Part shown: one piece after another, positions 12,912-26,559 of the stretch | Position numbering within the stretch: position 1 is the stretch's first letter | How the letters are laid out: the number at the start of each line of letters is the position of its first letter | Assembly: GCA_028023455.1 (NCBI GenBank) | Contig: JAQFVV010000006.1 | Span: 11,346,001-11,410,000, forward strand | Direction of reading: 5' to 3' | Origin: Epiperipatus broadwayi | Taxonomy: Eukaryota; Animalia; Onychophora | Length of the DNA stretch: 64,000 bases | Notes under the pieces: model-generated | Seen by the model: only the letters and a program-made list of their open reading frames with translations | The model's database searches: none | What the model was told of the DNA's origin: nothing | Position numbers and translations under genes: made by a program

Positions 12912-13328
12912 TACAGTCATCACTAAACTCATTTTTAAAGACTTTTTCCCTTTATCTTTCTTTTTTCTTGGCTTTAGAATGTCCATACTTGTTTATGAGT
13001 GGCTGATAATTATTATTATCAAAAGGCTGTGTGTTTCATAATACTTTAATTTGCTGCTATTCTTTTTTGTCAGCAAAAAGTCGATCGATCTAAAAGCGAA
13101 GAAAGCTGAAATGATTCCAAATGTTCCCCCCAATTAATCAGTAAAATCATTGCAAGTGGATGAGGAAAAAGAGATTAATATATCGTTCTATATACAGAAA
13201 TGTTACTGATTTCTTCACGTTCATTTTAATTCTCTTTTAATATGTCTGCAGACTCTTTCATAGTTTATAAATTGTACTTTTCTAATTTTGCTATTATGAT
13301 ATTGTCAAAATTAGAGGTTTGACCTGTA
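12912..13328. mobile_element. Possible pogo/Tigger-type non-autonomous element
   Basis: Left end TACAGTCA.., right end GAGGTTTGACCTGTA resembles the CAGTCAAACCTC TIR type; weak. Confidence 0.3.
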
Positions 13329-15379
13329 TTTAAAAATTATGATGGCAGATGGAATAGATCATTAAACTAAAAGCATACTTTTAGTCTTTAATTCTTAAAC
13401 TAACATATCTATTCAAAAGATACATGTTATTCTGGCAGCTGGAATTTTTAGATCCCTTGATATTTGAGGTAAATCTGTTTTAAAAATAAAAATCATCAAA
13501 TTTCTTAGCAATGGAAGGAAAGATAAGATTTTAATGTTAAATTTTAAAAAAATACATCTTGAAACATCAAAGGGTCTTTAATTCCATGTTGTCTTTGTTG
13601 TTGGACTAACACATCAAAATAAAATAAACATATAAATAAGAATCGCGTAAGATTAAAATACTTTCAGTTAAAAGTCTACTATATGTATTTTCATTTCCCA
13701 TTTTTTAAACACAGGCCAGAGTGTTAAGTTTGAAAATACCAAATTAGAAAAATACAATTAGACTATGAGTGTAAATATGGACATATTAAAAAGACAAGAT
13801 AATTTAAATAAGTATTAAAAAATTTAACCCTTTCCTGTATTCTAGAGACTTCTTATTTAGTCTCTTCACCCATTCACAAAACACTAATTTTATTAAGTTA
13901 GTTGGTCAAAAAACAGCCAGAGACAATTTACAAGTTTAGTTTCAAATTCTTTGTCTATGATTACTCAATGTTCCGATAACAAAAAAATAATAAATAAAAC
14001 ACTATAGAACATATATACTCACAGAAATCATTCAACAGCCCTCAAAAACACCCTAATTCTGAAAAAGGCGAATAAATCTTCATCAAAACATTGGCTACCC
14101 ACTTCTACGAAAAAATTTTCTATGTTTGTGGATCAAGGAGTCATTTTTAAAAAACTTTCACTAACAATGATCCAAAAAAAATTCTTCCTGTTATTGAAAA
14201 ATTCTATACAACATTTTTCAAAGCCCTTTTTTATTTCACACACAGACAATATTCTTCCAAAAATTTAGTTTTAATTACATTACGCTGTGTACATTTTAAT
14301 GAATAGTGACAGTTTGCAGAATGAAAGATTCCTAACTCAATTCCATTGTTTCTGGCTTTCAAATGTCACATGACTCCAAAGCAACTATTCATTTAATTAT
14401 TGTTATGTATGATCGAGATACAATAATAGAGATATAGACGTCAAAGCTAAAGATTCCTGAACTGAAATTTGTTTTGTCATTTCTGAGCTCAGATATCATT
14501 TTGATCATACAGGATGAAACTGTTTTTAATCACTTTGATCATTATTCTGAAACCACTTACTTTTGAAAAATAAATATTTGATAATGAGAAGGAACTTGCC
14601 AAAATAGTAAAATGATGATAGTATATGCCATTTCTATTCCTATAATTTGCATGGCCAAACTGTTGATGTGAAGAATTATTTTGGGGGATTTTTCAATTGA
14701 AAAAAGATAAGTTCCAATTGCGTACAGGATTCTTCCGATTCACAAGTATATTAATGAACAATTGAGTTAAAAATAAAATTTTTTCTTCATACCATTGAAT
14801 AAATTGAGTAAGTTATCAAATGCTTTTTCTATCTACATGGTGTTAATAGCTGTCAGACTCTTTAACGTTTTCTTTATTAAATTTTAATTTCCAAAAAAAT
14901 AATTAAGATGTTACTGCTAAAGTAAAGTCCTGTGAAAATTGTTCCAAAGACATTCAGAAACTTTGATCAAAGTGCAAACTTAGTCTAGAAGGTTCATTTT
15001 CAATATGATTTTATTTTCCTAGAAAGAATACAATCAGCATAAATATTTATTCTCTGACAAGCACTCATCCTAAACTGTGGTTGAATTCTAATAAAAGATT
15101 TCTGAAGTAACGGCATCTACCTCTGTATAAAAAATATATCAACTATAGGCTATACGATACAATTGATTTTGTGCCTGACTGCACCTGGTTAAAAAGAAAA
15201 ATAAACAAGAACAGTTTTTCTACTCTAGCACCATTTAGAGTAAGTTTAGGTAATTACTAGTTGCCAAACGGTAAGATAATTTAGCAATACCCCCCAGAGT
15301 GATTCCTGGCTTTTGCTTTTATCACCAATGACTTGGAATTCAAATCTGAAACCAACATAATTATGAATCTGGCGACCAT

Positions 15380-15620
15380 TGTTAACTCCATTTTTAATAT
15401 CAAACTAATAACGTGAAATTCAAAAAAATCGTAACAAGTCGGCTTGGAGACTTATATGGATCTGATAGCAAGTTAGTAATTATATATTTTAATGACTTCA
15501 GTTCTAACCGCAGACAGCTTTTATTCTTGGCTAGAAATGTAAATGCCAAAACACCACCACTTGATTCTTTCAGTTTATTACAGTTAACAGTCTTTCATTC
15601 TCAATTACTCTAGTGCCATA
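15380..15620 (+). mobile_element. Possible decayed LINE AP-endonuclease fragment
   Basis: LLFLARNVNAKTPPLDS resembles the APE motif LxAGDFNAKHPxWxS. Confidence 0.3.
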
Positions 15621-17548
15621 TTTTGTAAGACAGCTTTTGTTTATAATGTAGCGAGCTAAAAGAATCAGGTGATATTTTGGTACATAAGAAAAAAGTTACT
15701 TCGAAGTGTATATTACATAGTCAAATATGTCTCGACAGTAAATGCAAATACATAAAATTGATTATTATATGAAATAGAATAAAATTCTCCATTTGTGTTT
15801 GAGTATCTCTCACATACATATTCATAAGATTGTTAACTAGTTGCTATCAAAAAAAGTATAATGGCAGCTTTAGCAATGAATTTATGACATATTTGAATTT
15901 TAAAAAATAAGATTTGTGACATGAAAGTAAGTATGTAAAACAATATCAATAATATATATATATTACAATGAAAATAAAGATAAATTTTGCAACAATAATG
16001 AATTACGATATACGTCTGTAAAAGTGGATTAATTCCAGAAATAATGATGAATAACAATCACAATATATAATTTGTAAGTGATCAAATATATGGACAGTCA
16101 AGGGGAAAAAAAGGTATGAAAGGTTATTGAAAAAGACAAGTAGACGATTTAAAAAAAATGGTTAAATATTTAAAACATTTCAAAGAGAGAAAAAATTGAT
16201 GCAAAAGAAAACATAACTGATGACATTAATAAAGAAAAACATTACATTTAAAAATATAATAAGCAAATGATATAGTAGAAGACAGGCAACAAAATATTAC
16301 ATAGTGTACTTCTACGGTGGTTTTCGTGAAAGCGGAAGATTCCATTTACTTTATAAAAATATCTTACCAGTCTCTCTAAAAAGGTCCACTATTGATTTCT
16401 TTAAGTGTAAAGAGATGAAAATAGTAACACGCAACAGAAAGATAATTAGGCAAAGCATAAGCAATTGCCCAGAAAACTACAGAAGACATCACAAGACATC
16501 TTCATAAAATGCCAACTAAACAGATTAAAAGCCCAGTAAATGATATGTGTTTTTGTAGTTTGTAAATTGGTTTAAATGGTTCTTTGCTTTTTTCTCTCTG
16601 ACATTTTTTTGTTTTGTCGAAGTTGAAAAAGTAAGAAGACGATAAAATTATCTTTTCATAATTGACTAATATATTATGAGCAAAACAGAGTGTGTTCCTT
16701 ATACAAATATCACCCACCCACATGCATATATTGTAACAGTCAGAATCGTCTATCTCACTAACACACTGCAGAATTCAAACCCCACACACGAAACTGAACA
16801 TTCTAGGAGGGGTTGCCTTCTAGATATACTAAGTTCGAATCTAAAGTCTAAATTTCACAGCGCCACCTACATGATAATGCATCTGATGCTACTACTAGTA
16901 TAACCTTTTACCGGTGCCTGGTGGTCAGGGAGAAACAAAAGACTCTATACTAAGATAAGTTTGGGTTGCTAATTAACGTCTATGGATGTACAAAAGAAAT
17001 GTAGAAAACAGATATATAGACCGAGACAATGATAGGAATCAATAAAATAACAGATCAAAATTAGTTTTAAATGATTTCAAAAATTTATTTATATAGAAAT
17101 ATATATATAATGCCACCGTCTGCTTATATGAGACAGGGACGCTTATTAAATAATGGTTGGCATTGCATTCCATTACATTACAAAAAGGTTTTAAAGCAAA
17201 ATTATATATTCTATCCCTCGGGCTAATAGTATTACAATAATGTGCTTAAAGAGATGGGAACATGTGCGAGGTGCTTTGAGTAATTATACGAGTTTAATAA
17301 AATATTTGAAAATTAAGTGTTATAAAATATTTCTTGATTTCGAGAATAGCACGGACAAAAGCTTCCTAAGCAATAAAGTGGGGATGTTATCAAGACATTT
17401 ATTTGATAATAATAATTAAAGCAGATGGGAGGTCAGTATTGCTAGTAATGAATTTATTAAAGGATGGAGGGTGTGACACGTTTAAGTCACGGATGCTTTG
17501 TAAAAATAAATATATAAATAAAACAATAGTGAAATATTTGGAATGACT

Positions 17549-19178
17549 ACGGAGGGCAGCTCGCCGCTAACCCGTAGGAAAGTGTTGTCACGAACAGCCA
17601 AAACTTAGCGACTGGGTGATGACTGCGTTTAATTCCCAGGTGTGACATTTGAGTACACACTCTTCCTGGGAACCGCAGGAAGCGAAGAGAGAACGGACTT
17701 GGCCGTGTAAAAATCCTTGGAAAAGCAAAACAAAGCGGTCTCAACAACCAATTCATTTACCAGCAATACTAGACTAGTGTATATAAAACATACTAAATGG
17801 GTTTTACTTGGATTAAGAGAAATGCCCAATCAAATTCCCAGAAATTCATTTAAAAGGGTCCGCACATTCTCGACGTCAATGATGAACTTTGTAATTAAAG
17901 TAGAACACAGTATTTAAAAATAGGAAAATGCATGCTTGCGCGTTTGAAAAGAAAGCATAGGTTTATTTACGCAATCATGCATTTGGGGACACATTTAATC
18001 ATTGACCTCGCACATACTCTCATATTAGGTTAAAATCAATAAAATGTAGATTTTAAACTATTTGATTATTATGTATATTAAAGAAGATTAGAATCGCCCT
18101 CGAACGAGTGATTTGCAAGATAATAAAATTGGGAATTATTTATACATTTAAAATATGCCTTAATAGCGGCGTCTTACTTTCAACAAAGGGAATAATTCAC
18201 TCGGTCAAAGACGATTCTGACACATTATCATAATAAAATAAAAGAAAGCTTAATAAATAGAAAATATTAACCCAAGGATAGAGAACAAAACTGTTGACTA
18301 TATTAGAACACGTTAAAAGAATACATAATGAAGTTATGTGAAATAAAAGAAAAACAATTTAAAATAGCTATAGCATGTTAGTTAGGAAGCACAAGAGCTC
18401 TTGGGTTAATTTGGGGTTACCTCTGGAGAAGCATTTGCAGGTAGATTGATGGTCGGCAGCTTTAATATAACTCAGCAGCAAAATCTGGAATTGTGTCATA
18501 TTTTTGGCAACAGCAGCAGTTCCGGGGTTCCTTACGTGATAGCTTCCGATGGTCTAGAGCAGCAGCCACCATTTCTGAGGGAAATAGCCTTCACGCCGGC
18601 TCTACTCCGACATGTCAAGGTTAGCAATTTGTGTGGTAAACATAGTGAATTAATTTGAAGACGAAAACTCGGCTTCAAATATAAGTTCGCAGGCACGTAG
18701 CTAAAATCTCAGGAAAATATATTTTGAAGAATATTTTACTAGAATATTTTCAATAGAAAATGACTAGAATCATTTCATTAGAAACACCAGAATAATTTTG
18801 GTTAAAAACATTTCATCAGCAAAAACTAGAATAATTTTGGTTAGAAACATTTCATCAGCAAATGACCAGAATGGAGAACAAAAAAAAACCCTTCCTTTTA
18901 TAGTGGAATTGAACAATAGAACTGCCCTGGAGCGTTACAAAAATATATCGGACTTATCAGCTGTAATTAAACCCATTCGAATGTCTAAAGGAATTCTAAC
19001 AAAATTTTAATTAATTTCTATTGTTAATTTCCTTGTCGACATTCGAATTACAAACTAGATTTAATTAAAAATTATTTTTACTAATTAAAGAAAATCTTAA
19101 GTGGACATCTGCTGTATTTTTTAGAAAAGCTTCTATAACATTAAATAATTAAACTATTGTCCCCCATTTATTTTAACA
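17549..19178. mobile_element. 1.63-kb unclassified insertion flanked by an 18-bp direct repeat
   Basis: GAAATATTTGGAATGACT at 17531-17548 and at 19179-19196; abrupt GC-rich structured start; no intact ORF. Confidence 0.6.
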
Positions 19179-19858
19179 GAAATATTTGGAATGACTTTTA
19201 TTAAATTAAAAGAAAATGATTTTACTTTTTAAATTGCAATATTTGAATCTATTTACTAAATGAGTATGAATTTTATTTTAAATCAAAAATATATTACGAC
19301 CGTAATATATTTTTGTAAATAGATTCAAACAAAATAACTTTAATTAACGATTTATAATTTTGATATGTTTTAAAATGCATATCATAGTGTGTGCACAATT
19401 ATGACCTATATAACCTACTTTTAAATAAATCGAAATTATGTGAACATATACATAATCCATAAACTTATTTATTTGGGAATGAGTTATATATATAATATGA
19501 GCGTTGTACTCGTGGTTTAAAATTAGGCGGGATTTTCGGTATATAAGCGTATTGCAGACACACTACGATAGATTGGGGTTCAAACTAAGATATGAGGGTA
19601 GGAAATAGGTGAGAAAAGGTGAAACGAAGATCTGCAAAGCAGACCTTAGTGTTTCAATATCCAATACGTATAAAAATCTGTGTAAAGAAAAACTTGCTTA
19701 TTCAACAAGGATACTTTTAATCATTAATTATCAGTGTTGATTTTCCATTACTTATTGTCTCTTGAATGAATTCATTGTATTCGCTAATTTCAGACTTTTT
19801 ACATACAAACTTACATCCAAAAATGTTAGAAATAATACTGTTTATTTTCACTACTTAC

Positions 19859-19957
19859 CACACCTATTAAGTAGGGACTATTGGCATCTCCTAATAAATG
19901 AGATACTAGAATTTGGAGTGCTTCAGCCGTTGACCTCCGTGTTGGTACAACAACATA
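19859..19957 (-). CDS. spin: Spinster coding exon
   Basis: [33 protein letters not shown]; TTTAG acceptor, GTAAGT donor; 99 nt, phase 0. Confidence 0.96.
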
Positions 19958-20039
19958 CTAAATTTTAAAATTAGAAAAATATATTAAAAATTATGGAATT
20001 TAATCACATCAATTGCAAAAAAAATGTAGTATATATTTA

Positions 20040-22995
20040 TTGTTCTATAAATCTTCTTTAATATAAATAAAAAGGTGTTAATTTACTTTTTATATCATTT
20101 AACAGTGATGCGATGTGCTATGGCTTCTTTATCCAAGTCAGGAATCTCTCAGCTACTATGCCCAGAGAAACCTGTCAGCCATCGTACCTTCCCTCTCCAT
20201 ATTCTTCTCTATCCTACTCCATACCATTTCCACATCATCATCTTTGTCCACACTATGGCTTTTATATCTAGATGATCCCTTACCTTTTTCCAAACCCAGC
20301 ATAAAAACCAAGAACTCACTTTCTATATAATCACTTTGTTTATATTTATTCTCCCACATTATTTGTACCCTTTCCGCTTGTAGGCATTTACATTCCATTA
20401 ACAAATACCTAATATTTTCTATTCCTTCTTTACATAATTTACAGACTAAATCACCCATATTTTTTAATTTACATGCTATATTCTCTTGTTGCTAAAGTTC
20501 CTGTTCGAGCCTTAAACAATAAACTACTTTCTTTACTATTAGCATAAATTAACTCACACCTAATATTCTGTTTATTTCTATATATAGTTAAACTCTTTTT
20601 ACTCTCCATATTAGTTCTCCATCTCTCTAACTCCCTATTCTTTATTAATAAATCTATTCTTTTAATCCATTCCTTACCATTATAACACTCAACAATCCCC
20701 CTAACACAATCACCCTACCTTTTGTACAAGTATACTGACATAAAGTCTTTATCCAAATCTTCTGCATACCGTACTACCTTTCTCACCCATCTTGTTGCTT
20801 GTCCTTTACTGATAACCCAATTAAATACTATTTGGCTATTCTCTTACTATCCATAAATTGCAATCTACCAAACTTTTCATTTTGCTTTTTGTATCTCTTA
20901 TATAAAAACTTGACCATCCCATTTCTCCTTGAATAGCCTCCTTTGCTGTCCACACATCTGCATCTAATGCATCTTAACCTACTTACTTTTGTACTTTTTC
21001 TAAGTAATCTAACACTCATTTACTAACACATTATTATCATAAATTAATCCTGCTATTGCTACTCCCTTCCATATAATTCTTGTGACATCATATTTATTCT
21101 ATGAAAATTATTAATTTCGTTACCAGACCCTTTCTTTGCTTTGCTTCATTTATCAATGATTTCTCCCATTCATCCAACCAATTTCTCTGAATACTTAAAA
21201 TGATTCCCAAAGAGTTATATCTATTCACCACACTTAACTTTATATCTCCCAATAAAAATTCTTTCTCTTTTCTTTCCCCAGCATTTATCATCATTACTTT
21301 TGATGTTTCTTCACTAAATCTAATCCTGAACTCTTTACCCACCATTGTGCACATCTTCAGAATAACTTCGTATTTTCTGTGCACATGACGATATCATCAG
21401 CAAATAAAAGATGCGACAATATATACAATCCCTTGCCATCTATTAATGGTATCTCTACCCCTCGTCCTAATCTTTCTACTGCTCTCTCCATTTCTCTCAT
21501 ATATACCAAAAACAAAATAGATGACATAGGGTATTCTTGCCTTTCCCCCAACCCATTAAAAACTCTGATTCTACATTTCCTAATTGATACGTATAGTAAT
21601 TATTTTCATACAATCTCTTAACAAGATCCACTAAAGCTCCATCCATTCCCAAATTTACTAAACTTACCCATAATCTATTTTTATTTATTCTGTCATGTGC
21701 CTTCTCTATATCTATAATAACTACCTATCTGTATTTCTAACCATAACTATAAGTTGTGTGATATGCCTATCCATTCTAAAACCTCCTTGCATTTCTTCCA
21801 CTATATTATTTCCTTCCATCCATTTTATCACTCTTCCAGCTACCATATAGGCAAAAACTATATATAACACTGACTTTACCACTATTGGTCTGTAACTGTT
21901 TATCTTTCTATGGACCTTACGCTTTCCTTTAAATGATAGCCTTACTCTTGTATTCCAGTTACCTGGAAATTCTCTCTTCTGTGCCATCTTATTAAAACAT
22001 GCTAACACATTTAATTTTGTCCTATTTCCTAAATTTCATCACTATCTCTGCTGCCCATCCATCTAAACTTCTTGCCTTTCCACTTTTCAATTTCTTTCTT
22101 GCCTCATTCAATTCCCTTTTCTGTAAAGCTAATATTTCCATTATTACATGTTTTTATGTTTGTTATCACATCTATCATCTTTTGTATATCCATTAATTTT
22201 TACTCCCATCTTTTCTTTTATTAATATCCTCCAATAATTTTGTAATTAATTTGATTTTCTCTATACAATTATCTATTTTAGCCAACTTCTTTTTTTAAAA
22301 AATAGTTTTGCTATTTAATATATTAACATATTTTTCACTTTCTTTGTTTTTAATAGCACATTTATATTCTCTGCATGTTTTCTCCTTCTCTTTTACCTTT
22401 TATTAATTCTCATTTTTTTATTACTTTTATACTTTAAATATTCTCACTTAAAACTTTACTTGCCACTTTTTCTACTTCACCACACCAGCCCTTATACTCA
22501 TCTCCAATAAACTTTTCCATAATTTCTTCTACTTTTATTTTATATTCTTCTAACTTATTTTTATCATTCATTCTCCATCCACATCTTTCACTATCCTTAC
22601 TACTTTTATTACTATTTTCCATCGCATTACTAATTATTTCTATTATAAAGAAATTATGATCACTATTACATACTCTCTCTTCATTATCAAACACTTTAAT
22701 TTTCCATACTTTATTCATTCATTCTTTCTCTACTAATATATAATCTATTGTGCGAACTATATTATTTTAGTATTGCCCCTCGTAAATATTTGATAAATTT
22801 CTAGTGCTCAAATTCACTCTCTGACAAAAGTTTTTCAAAAGCTGTCCATTCGTGTTATCGCCATCATCAATTTCTTCAACATGCCCATTCATATCACCTA
22901 TAATCATTAGTTTCTTCCCCTTTTTCTTGACATTCTGTATATCGTTAACTAGGCATTCATATATGCTACTGTTCCACTCTCTTATAGTTTGACAA
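20040..22995 (-). mobile_element. Decayed APE-type non-LTR retrotransposon (endonuclease, RT, C-terminal CCHC finger)
   Basis: ORF fragments in order: IIGDMNGH (APE), SYRPIVV and QGGFR (RT), LLFADDIV (RT catalytic), CKLCKEGIENIRYLLMECK (zinc finger); many stops and frameshifts. Confidence 0.92.
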
Positions 22996-22997
22996 TC

Positions 22998-23160
22998 TCT
23001 CCATACAGTAGTGCTACTCAATGCAAGCCACAGTTATCAATGGATGCAAAAAGGTTTGTCCATAAAATCTCTATCTAGTGCCTATTCATCCAATATCCCC
23101 AGATTAGCTTTTAGTTTATGGTTTCATCTATGAGGAGGTTTCTATCTGAGAGCACTGTTA
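22998..23160 (-). mobile_element. Family F2 copy abutting the LINE 5' end
   Basis: Homology to 4205, 9290 and 38540. Confidence 0.7.
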
Positions 23161-24205
23161 GTGGTTTGAAATATTCTATTCACATAAATAATGAAGACAA
23201 CAACAATACACTTTAATTTATTAAATGTGTGGCATTTATTCATATAGTAACATTGTATAAAACCAAAAGTTCGTCAAATAAATTACTGCTGCATACAATT
23301 TTCATTTTTTGTAAATATTCTAAAAGGAGAAGAATGGTATGAACACTATCATAAAAAATATTTCATTCACATGCCCTTTATTACAACATTTGAGAGGTTT
23401 TACTTATCATAGATAATCATTCTCATATGATTGCGTAAGACAAAATAGCGAGAAGAATCTTGCCATATAAAAAAATGTATAAAAGAAAGTTAATAAAAAT
23501 CGTTCTATGCACGGAACATTTCCAAAGAACAAAAGTGAAATTTCATCGAAGAAAGTTAATAGTTGTTTGGTCACAAACAGTGAATAAATGATGATCAGAA
23601 TCTAAAAATTTCAATTTTGATATTATAAAAGACACAAACAACAAAATAAGTTACCATACAAGAGAGCTATGGTGCATTCAATCAGACATTTTGCAATGGA
23701 TAGTCAAAATTGAATAGAATTGATCAAAAATCATTATATCAATTATGGTTTCATTGAAGATGATTCTCAATCTGTTATTACTTTATAAATTAAACCCAAT
23801 AAAATATCACATGACTCCAACTTAGAGTCATATGATGTTTTATTGGTTTTATATCATCCATACTGAACTTGTTTAAAATCTATATAATTTTCAAATAAGT
23901 TGGCTTCAGTTGAAAATGTTAATGTTTTTCAATTTGGGCTGATGGCTTGATAGTAAATCAAAGATGGTTGCCATTAGAAAAAAAATGCTTTAGAGCCAAA
24001 AGGAAAGTCCAACTGCACTGCTCCTAGAACTAAAACTTCTTACTAATAAAAGCTGTAAGTTAGAAACTCTAGGGATATTGAATAGGATAGCAATGGATAG
24101 AGATTTAATAAGCACTACCATTTGAATTCCTAATGATTCCAAAGATGGCATAATCGTGGTGAGAGAAAAAGAACTTGCTATTATGTTTATCCAGAACTAA
24201 ATTAT

Positions 24206-24325
24206 CCTGTGCGTTTTAGCATAGTAGGTAGAGCATTCAACTTAGGATCAGGAGTTCCCAGGATCACCTCAGGCACTTGAACTTCTGATGAACTCGTGAG
24301 TAATAAAGCCATATGCCCTTTTTTA
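24206..24325 (+). mobile_element. tRNA-Arg-derived SINE copy
   Basis: AGGATCAGGAGTTCCCAGGATC...GGCACTTGA...GAGTAATAAAGCCATATG shared with 733-865. Confidence 0.6.
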
Positions 24326-24385
24326 AATTAAACTTAATATTTTTATAATTTAAATATTCACAATTCTAACAACTTTTAAAACAGT

Positions 24386-24790
24386 TTCAATTACTAGAAG
24401 TTGGAGCCGTAATCCTTGAACCTTGACCTCCAGAGTCTACCACTCTAAACCACACAATAAAACTCATTTCTCCTTAGACTCGGGAATTCATAAAAGTTCA
24501 ATCACTAGAAGTTGGAGCCGTAATCCTTGAACATTGATTTTCAGAGTGTACCAGTCTGTACCACACAATAAAACTCATTTCTCCTTAGACCCGGGAATTC
24601 ATAAGAAGTTCAATCACTAGAAGTTGGAGCCATAATCCTTGAACTTTGATTTTCAGAGTGTGCCAGTCTGTACCACACAATAAAACTCATTTCTTCTTAG
24701 ACATGGGAATTCATAAGAAATTGTAACCGTAATCCTCCTGAGTCTACCATTCTAAACCACCCAATAAAATTCATTTTTCCTTAGACTAGA
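24386..24790. repeat. Tandem repeat, 111-112-bp unit, three full copies plus one partial
   Basis: Units start at 24386, 24497 and 24609 (TTCAAT(T/C)ACTAGAAGTTGGAGCC...); truncated fourth unit at about 24721. Confidence 0.9.
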
Positions 24791-25049
24791 AACCATAGGA
24801 CTTTCAAATCAATAGGTAACCTCGTTACTACTGTGAGTTGAACGATACCAGGCACAACTGTATAATCTAGCATATAATTTCGTATGCAAACATGTGTTTA
24901 ATCGTATTTATATGAATTTGTTTCCTAACATTCAAATATTTTTTATAAACTAAACTTTACTTTTATCTTTCAATTTGATAAATTGAGATATTAAGTTACA
25001 ACGCAAACCCTAATGTATTCCTGCTGTTTTTAACAACTTAAAAAAAAGA

Positions 25050-25600
25050 AAAGAGTATTTCATCACAGAAAATAACTATTGCAACTAAGTTAGCTGTATA
25101 TAGAACTGTTATTTCACCTGACTTATTGTATGGGTGTGAAACTTGGACACACTATCAGTACAATAAGAAACATTAAAGAATGCTCATTAAAATTTTAAAA
25201 ATATAATTGCGAGATCATAAAACCAATTAAAATGTTCTTAAACTTGCTAGATATGATAATGCCTGCATAGGATTGGGCATTTAAACAAATGAATAATTCA
25301 CGACTTCCTAAAAGAACATTTTATGATGAATTTTAATATGGTATTTTGTAGGTGATATAGACTGTCTTTACGTTCTAAGGATTACCTTAAAGACATTCTC
25401 AATAAGTGCAATGTCAGCCATTTCCATTGGGAAGATATAGCAGAGAATAGAATTACCCACTGGAAAACAATTAGATATGATATTGAAATATTTCAGGAAG
25501 AAAAATTTTGCGCTGACAAAATTGAAAGACAGCATCACAAAATTTCGAACAAATAGAAAAATGGACCAGTATGTGGATGTATTTGTGGTTTGTAGATTCA
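25050..25600 (+). mobile_element. RTE-clade LINE 3' fragment
   Basis: LLYGCETWT remnant, RLPK...YDE, and decayed W..R..WR tail. Confidence 0.7.
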
Positions 25601-26559
25601 TTTGCACTGTCATTACAAAATTCCATTTCTAGAACGTTTTTTTTTTCCTTACAAGTAGCTATTATATGTATATATTTACCTTTTCATCCACTTTCAATCA
25701 ATCAATAAATTATTAAGTTGGCATTTTCCAATTCCTTAAGAAGACATTTTGTTCTATAGCATATTTATAGTAATGAATCAAAAAATAGCAAATGGTAAAT
25801 CTATATTCATTGAATTAAAATAGATGCAAGAATTAAAAATGTTTAGATCCTAAACCATAATAATATTTTTCAGCAATATTCATGGATAACCTCTTGACAT
25901 AATTTGTCAATTAGGAGATGGTCTCTTGAATTACTTTGTAAGTTATGTGAATCAAACAAAAAAACTTTCTTACATATTATTAACTATGGTTCCTTCTTTA
26001 AAAACTTAAGATCAAGTTTAATTCTCTCTCATAACCCATCCAACAGGATTTTAACATCAAGTTTTCGGAATGAGCGTCCTTCTTAACACTATTAACATTT
26101 AGATGGCCATCGAAATGTTGTACGAATTTTTCCAAAATATATTTGCACAGTTCAACACTTCTACAAATTACAGTGAAAGGGGTATTATAGAGATTTAAAT
26201 TACTTGCTAAAAATATTAGGTATCTAATGTGACCACAGAGATTGTTTCTGAGTCCCATTATATATAACCAAAGTGGATAGTGGATTCATTACTACATAAT
26301 TAGTCTTCAAAAAATGTGTTACTATATATTTATATAATTAAGTATTAATAATTTAAAGTTATATTTTGGACTATTTTTTTTATAGTTAAACTGTTAAATG
26401 TATTTTTAAAAATTCAAACATTATACTTTTCCAAATATATTTAACTGTTAGTAATATATATATATAACAAAATAAATGTGTGTTATAGATACAAATGTAA
26501 AACTTTAGTATGTGTTAGTATTAAATATGCACACATTATATAATTCGAATATGATATAT

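Noticed and set aside
17616-17720. C/D-box snoRNA (GTGATGA C box)
   Set aside because: No CTGA D box at a suitable distance and no terminal stem; it is also antisense to the host gene.
24386-24790. CRISPR-like array
   Set aside because: Whole units are repeated with no unique spacers, there are no cas genes, and the context is a eukaryotic intron. The same applies to the 40-kb array.
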